64,000 bases of DNA. Source: Gammaproteobacteria bacterium bin55. GTDB lineage: Bacteria; Pseudomonadota; Gammaproteobacteria; Pseudomonadales; Azotimanducaceae. The notes below the pieces were generated by a model, which was given only the letters and a program-made list of their open reading frames with translations, was not told the DNA's origin and did not search any database. Location of the stretch: contig MPMU01000001.1 of the NCBI GenBank assembly GCA_002238665.1, positions 25,075 through 89,074 of the forward strand, read 5' to 3'. The position numbers were made by a program, and so were the translations under genes. Shown in pieces: positions 63,990 to 64,000 of this stretch (within the stretch, counting starts at the first letter, position 1; every line of letters begins with the position of its first letter).

Positions 63990-64000
63990 ACTCAATCCTC

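Overview
The window reads as a chromosomal segment of a gammaproteobacterium, probably a streamlined marine lineage of moderate to low GC. That call rests on synteny blocks shared with E. coli and Pseudomonas: trpBA-folC-dedD-cvpA-purF, tRNA(Pro-Arg-His)-tig-clpP-clpX-hupB-ppiD, cspD/clpS-clpA/infA-aat/trxB, and ftsK-lolA-serS-cysG. Positions 1 to about 38.3 kb are densely packed housekeeping genes, many with overlapping start and stop codons, and several genes usual in these blocks (lon, rarA, hflD, accD) are missing. From about 39.6 kb to the tRNA-Val/tRNA-Asp pair at 63.3-63.5 kb the content is accessory. It holds an orphan PD-(D/E)xK (HsdR-N-like) protein followed by a 770-bp ORF-free stretch, and a secreted protein plus ankyrin-repeat protein pair. 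It also holds a set of oxygenases and flavoenzymes, an ADP-ribosylglycohydrolase fused to beta-sandwich domains, and a CoA-transferase / acyl-CoA dehydrogenase / hydratase / amidohydrolase / MFS operon. The most unusual feature is a minus-strand operon (RraA-like, then a redoxin(CPTC)-fusion protein, then a small protein). The ORF track splits that last gene in two at an in-frame TGA. Reading through gives the motif U-G-S-C-T-T-C, and a hairpin follows immediately, so I predict a UGSC-family selenoprotein. No rRNA, CRISPR array, transposase, integrase or prophage genes were seen. All homology statements come from motif recognition by eye; no searches were run.
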